Source of the DNA: the human T2T-CHM13v2.0 reference genome, Homo sapiens
Strand: one strand, 5' to 3'
Assembly (NCBI RefSeq): GCF_009914755.1
Contig: NC_060939.1
DNA: 64,000 bases
Shown here piece by piece: positions 56,531 to 64,000 of the stretch. The stretch's first letter is position 1. Every line of letters begins with the position of its first letter. Under the pieces are notes generated by a model. That model was not told where the DNA came from. It saw only the letters and a list, made by a program, of their open reading frames with translations, and made no database searches. A program made the position numbers and the translations under genes.

Positions 56531-56632
56531 TTCCATATCCTATGGAAACTCTGTTTAGTGGGCTGTCATCATGGCACTTCATCAGCTAATTGCAGGCTGC
56601 TACCACTGCCTTTCTCACAGTTTGTCCTAGTT

Positions 56633-56801
56633 CAGTGCTTCTCAACACAAATGTGCATGTAAATCACCTGGGCTCTTGTTAAACTGAGCCCAGTGTAATT
56701 TGAATTAATATGAATTCAATAGGTCTGGAGTGGGGCGTGAGATGCAAGTGCCCAGGTAGTACCGATACTGTTGGTTTGCTGACCACACACTGAGTAACAA
56801 A
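56633..56801 (+). mobile_element. MER5A
   Basis: cagtgcttctcaa...aatcacctggg...ttcaataggtctggagtgggg...ctgagtaacaa. Confidence 0.8.
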
Positions 56802-57974
56802 ATGCTAGCTAACACCCAACACTTGCAAACTATTTGCTGGGTTATGAATAGAACCCCCTTTTGAAGCTCAGTATCTTCTCTCTCACTAAATAGTTAGTGG
56901 CCAGATCTGTGAAGCAGTCTCAAATAGCTCTTAATGAAATTAAAACCAGACTGACATCCCTAATACTCTCCAGCTGTTATCCAGTATGTGTCATTAGGGT
57001 AATTGTGTGGGAGAGCTGAGAGTTGAAGCTAAAACAATAATCTAACCAAAATCTATTTAAAGCTGCAGGCAACACTTGATTGGTAAGGTAAGGAAATTTA
57101 AGATGGAAATCATGGATGGGAGGCAGTAGTAGTAGCTGTACCAGTATCATTAATTGAATGCCTTCTATATTTTAAATTAGGCATATATTTTATGGGTAAT
57201 TCTTATAGCAGTTCAGCAATATAGACATTATTATTACTTTTTAGTTACTCATAGTCTACTTTCATTGATAAAGTAATCTAGCACCACATCCAAGAATATT
57301 TAATATTTAAATATGTTAATATTTAACATAGAACAAGAGAATACAAATTTCAATGGGGAAACAAGAAGAAATAATCTGGGTACAAACAAAGTAGTGCCAA
57401 GAAGGTGGCCCTCAGTGACTGCAGAGGGATTGAATACATTCTTGGCTCTCAGTGAGCCATACTTGGTTCTCAACTTTCCAGCAGCCAACAAGAAAAGAGG
57501 AATCTAGCCAGTTGAACATTCTATAGTGATCATGCAATTAAAAAAAAACAAAAACAAAAAAAACAAACCCTTTTCAAAGACAGCAAACTGTTCTTCAGAC
57601 CAGATCATAAAAGATATCTCCTCGCCTACTGGGGATATCGTGTGCTGTAATGAATGACTTTCTCAACAGCTACTTATAACAGTCTCAAGGATGGCTTTCA
57701 TTAGGTTATGTTTACCGTGATCCTCAATGGAGGCTGATGCATTGAAACCAGGCACGATTCAGAAACGCAGTCCTTCTGGGACAAATGTAACACAGCCTAG
57801 CATCTCACATTTGGTGGCGCTGGTTTGATTCAGGACGACATCTTGGACAATCGGAAGAAATGGAAAGGTTGTGTGTCCTTCCAGGAATCTCCCTTTCCGT
57901 TGTCATCCCCCCAGTGCCATTTTCTTCAAGATGATAACGAAGGACCGACAAATAAATTAACTAAATAAGGTGCT

Positions 57975-58190
57975 AAATGCTAGAAGGAAAATAACAGAGT
58001 ATATTCCTGATAGAGATTAAGGGTGGTGGGCTGGGATGGTGTACAAGGGGGTAGTCAGGGAAGGCGTCTCTAGGGAGGTGGTGCTCAAATGAGATCTGCG
58101 GAATGAGAAGCATCAGGGGAAAAGCATTCTGGATGCAAAACTCCTGGTGCGGAAGGAGCATGCTAGTTAGAGGAACAAGCAGAAAGCAAC
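57975..58190 (-). mobile_element. L2 fragment
   Basis: gtagtcagggaaggcgtctctagggaggtg...agcattctgg. Confidence 0.75.
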
Positions 58191-58712
58191 TAAATGGTCA
58201 CATCTTATTGGGTATTTACCATGCAGCTATGACTGGAGATGTCAACCAAAATAATTTATTTTAGAATAGTTGATCAATTTCTCTTCCTCTTTGCAATAAT
58301 TATTCAGCAAGGACAGTCAGACACTCATTGTTTAATGTAAGAAGCCCTATCATTTACATGTAAGGATGCATGACTTTCTTTTCCTATAGTGGGACACATA
58401 CATTTTGCTTATTCAAAATAGGCATCAGATCTTTAGGAATCACATTAAATACAAGGGATATCTCTCATGTCCAGGCAATTATGAGGCCTCCTTGAAGCCT
58501 CATAGCACCGGAATTTAAAACACAAATTTGTCCACAGCGTAGACCTTTGCTTCTACACAATCGAGGGTACTAAAGCTTGAAGAGACATAATCAACCTTAG
58601 GATAGTCCTCATTTAAGGACATTATCTGCCTTGGGGCTCTGAAGAAGGAACGCAGTAGCTCACAAGTTCGCCCTTGTAGCCCTACCCTGGAATATCAGCC
58701 TTAAGAAAAGCC

Positions 58713-61850
<3,138 letters not shown>

Positions 61851-61899
61851 AGTAATTCTAAATTAAACATTTAGAATTACTCTAAATGTCTAAAAACAT

Positions 61900-62085
61900 A
61901 GTCTCAACTATAAGTATGTCTATAACATTAGGCAAGTCAATTAACCTTCCCAAACTCTGTTTTATTTAGTCTCTTCAGATATAGAGAAACACTGCTTATT
62001 CTACTGTAGAGGTATTTATGAGGCACAAATGAAATAATAGATGTAAAAGTGTTGAGTAAAGAGGTTTCATATAAATATGAGATTA
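61900..62085 (+). mobile_element. MIR
   Basis: ttaggcaagtcaattaaccttcc...aaatgaaataatagatgtaaaagtg. Confidence 0.7.
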
Positions 62086-62392
62086 CAAAGACTCATATGA
62101 AAGAATATGGATCATTCCTTTTCCTTTTTTCTTCTAATTTTGAAACCACAATTTAACACTTCAAAGATGATACCTTGGTAGTATTTCTTAAGTGGTGTTA
62201 AGAATTCTTTTTAGAACAAAATTAACTAACTCTTCGAAGTGATTTAAATCAGACATACCTTGTTTGGACTCTTGAGCAAATAATGTCATAAGAAGGTTCT
62301 GGTTTCTGGTTCTACTCAGTGAAGGGAATTGGCAATGTCAACTCATGTTCTACTCTCGATTACAAAAATAAAAAAGAGTATAGAAATTCCGG

Positions 62393-62617
62393 TTCAGGCC
62401 TTTTCTGGATCTATTGAGATAATCATGTGGCTTTTGTCATTGGTTTTGTTTATGTGATGGATTATGTTTATTGATTTGCGTATGTTGAACCAGCCTTGCA
62501 TCCCAGGGATGAAGCTGACTTGATTATGATGGATAAGCTTTTTGATGTGCTGCTGGATTCGGTTTGCCAGTATTTTATTGAGCATTTTTGCACCAATGTT
62601 CATCAGGGATCTTGGCC
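62393..62617 (-). mobile_element. Inverted 5' segment of L1PA (twin priming)
   Basis: Minus-strand ORF reads ...[28 protein letters not shown]...[10 protein letters not shown], the L1 ORF2 RT region. Confidence 0.95.

Positions 62618-64000
<1,383 letters not shown>

Overview
Simian primate (human-like) genomic DNA; dimeric AluJ/S/Y, THE1 and L1PA elements are present. I find no protein-coding gene, RNA gene or CpG island. Roughly 55-65% of the window (estimated by eye) is transposable-element debris: a deeply nested LINE-1 stack at 0.3-13 kb, 11 near-full-length Alus plus one fragment, MaLR/ERVL/ERV1 solo LTRs, hAT and Tigger MITEs, L2, MIR and HAL1. Repeat-poor unique islands between them may hold enhancers, a CTCF site or lncRNA exons. 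The only protein-like ORFs are decayed L1 ORF2 fragments. I see no evidence for a new multi-gene system. The most unusual observations are structural: (1) two inverted MLT1 LTRs share a near-identical ~62 bp tract, suggesting gene conversion; (2) an ERV1 LTR is flanked by ~20-30 bp direct repeats at an L1-endonuclease site later reused by an Alu; (3) an ancient L1ME fragment sits inside a younger L1MA; (4) that L1MA carries several microhomology-bounded deletions; (5) one AluY is rich in transversions; (6) two L1s show twin-priming inversions. Repeat subfamily names come from remembered consensus sequences, not from a search, and boundaries of old repeats are approximate.
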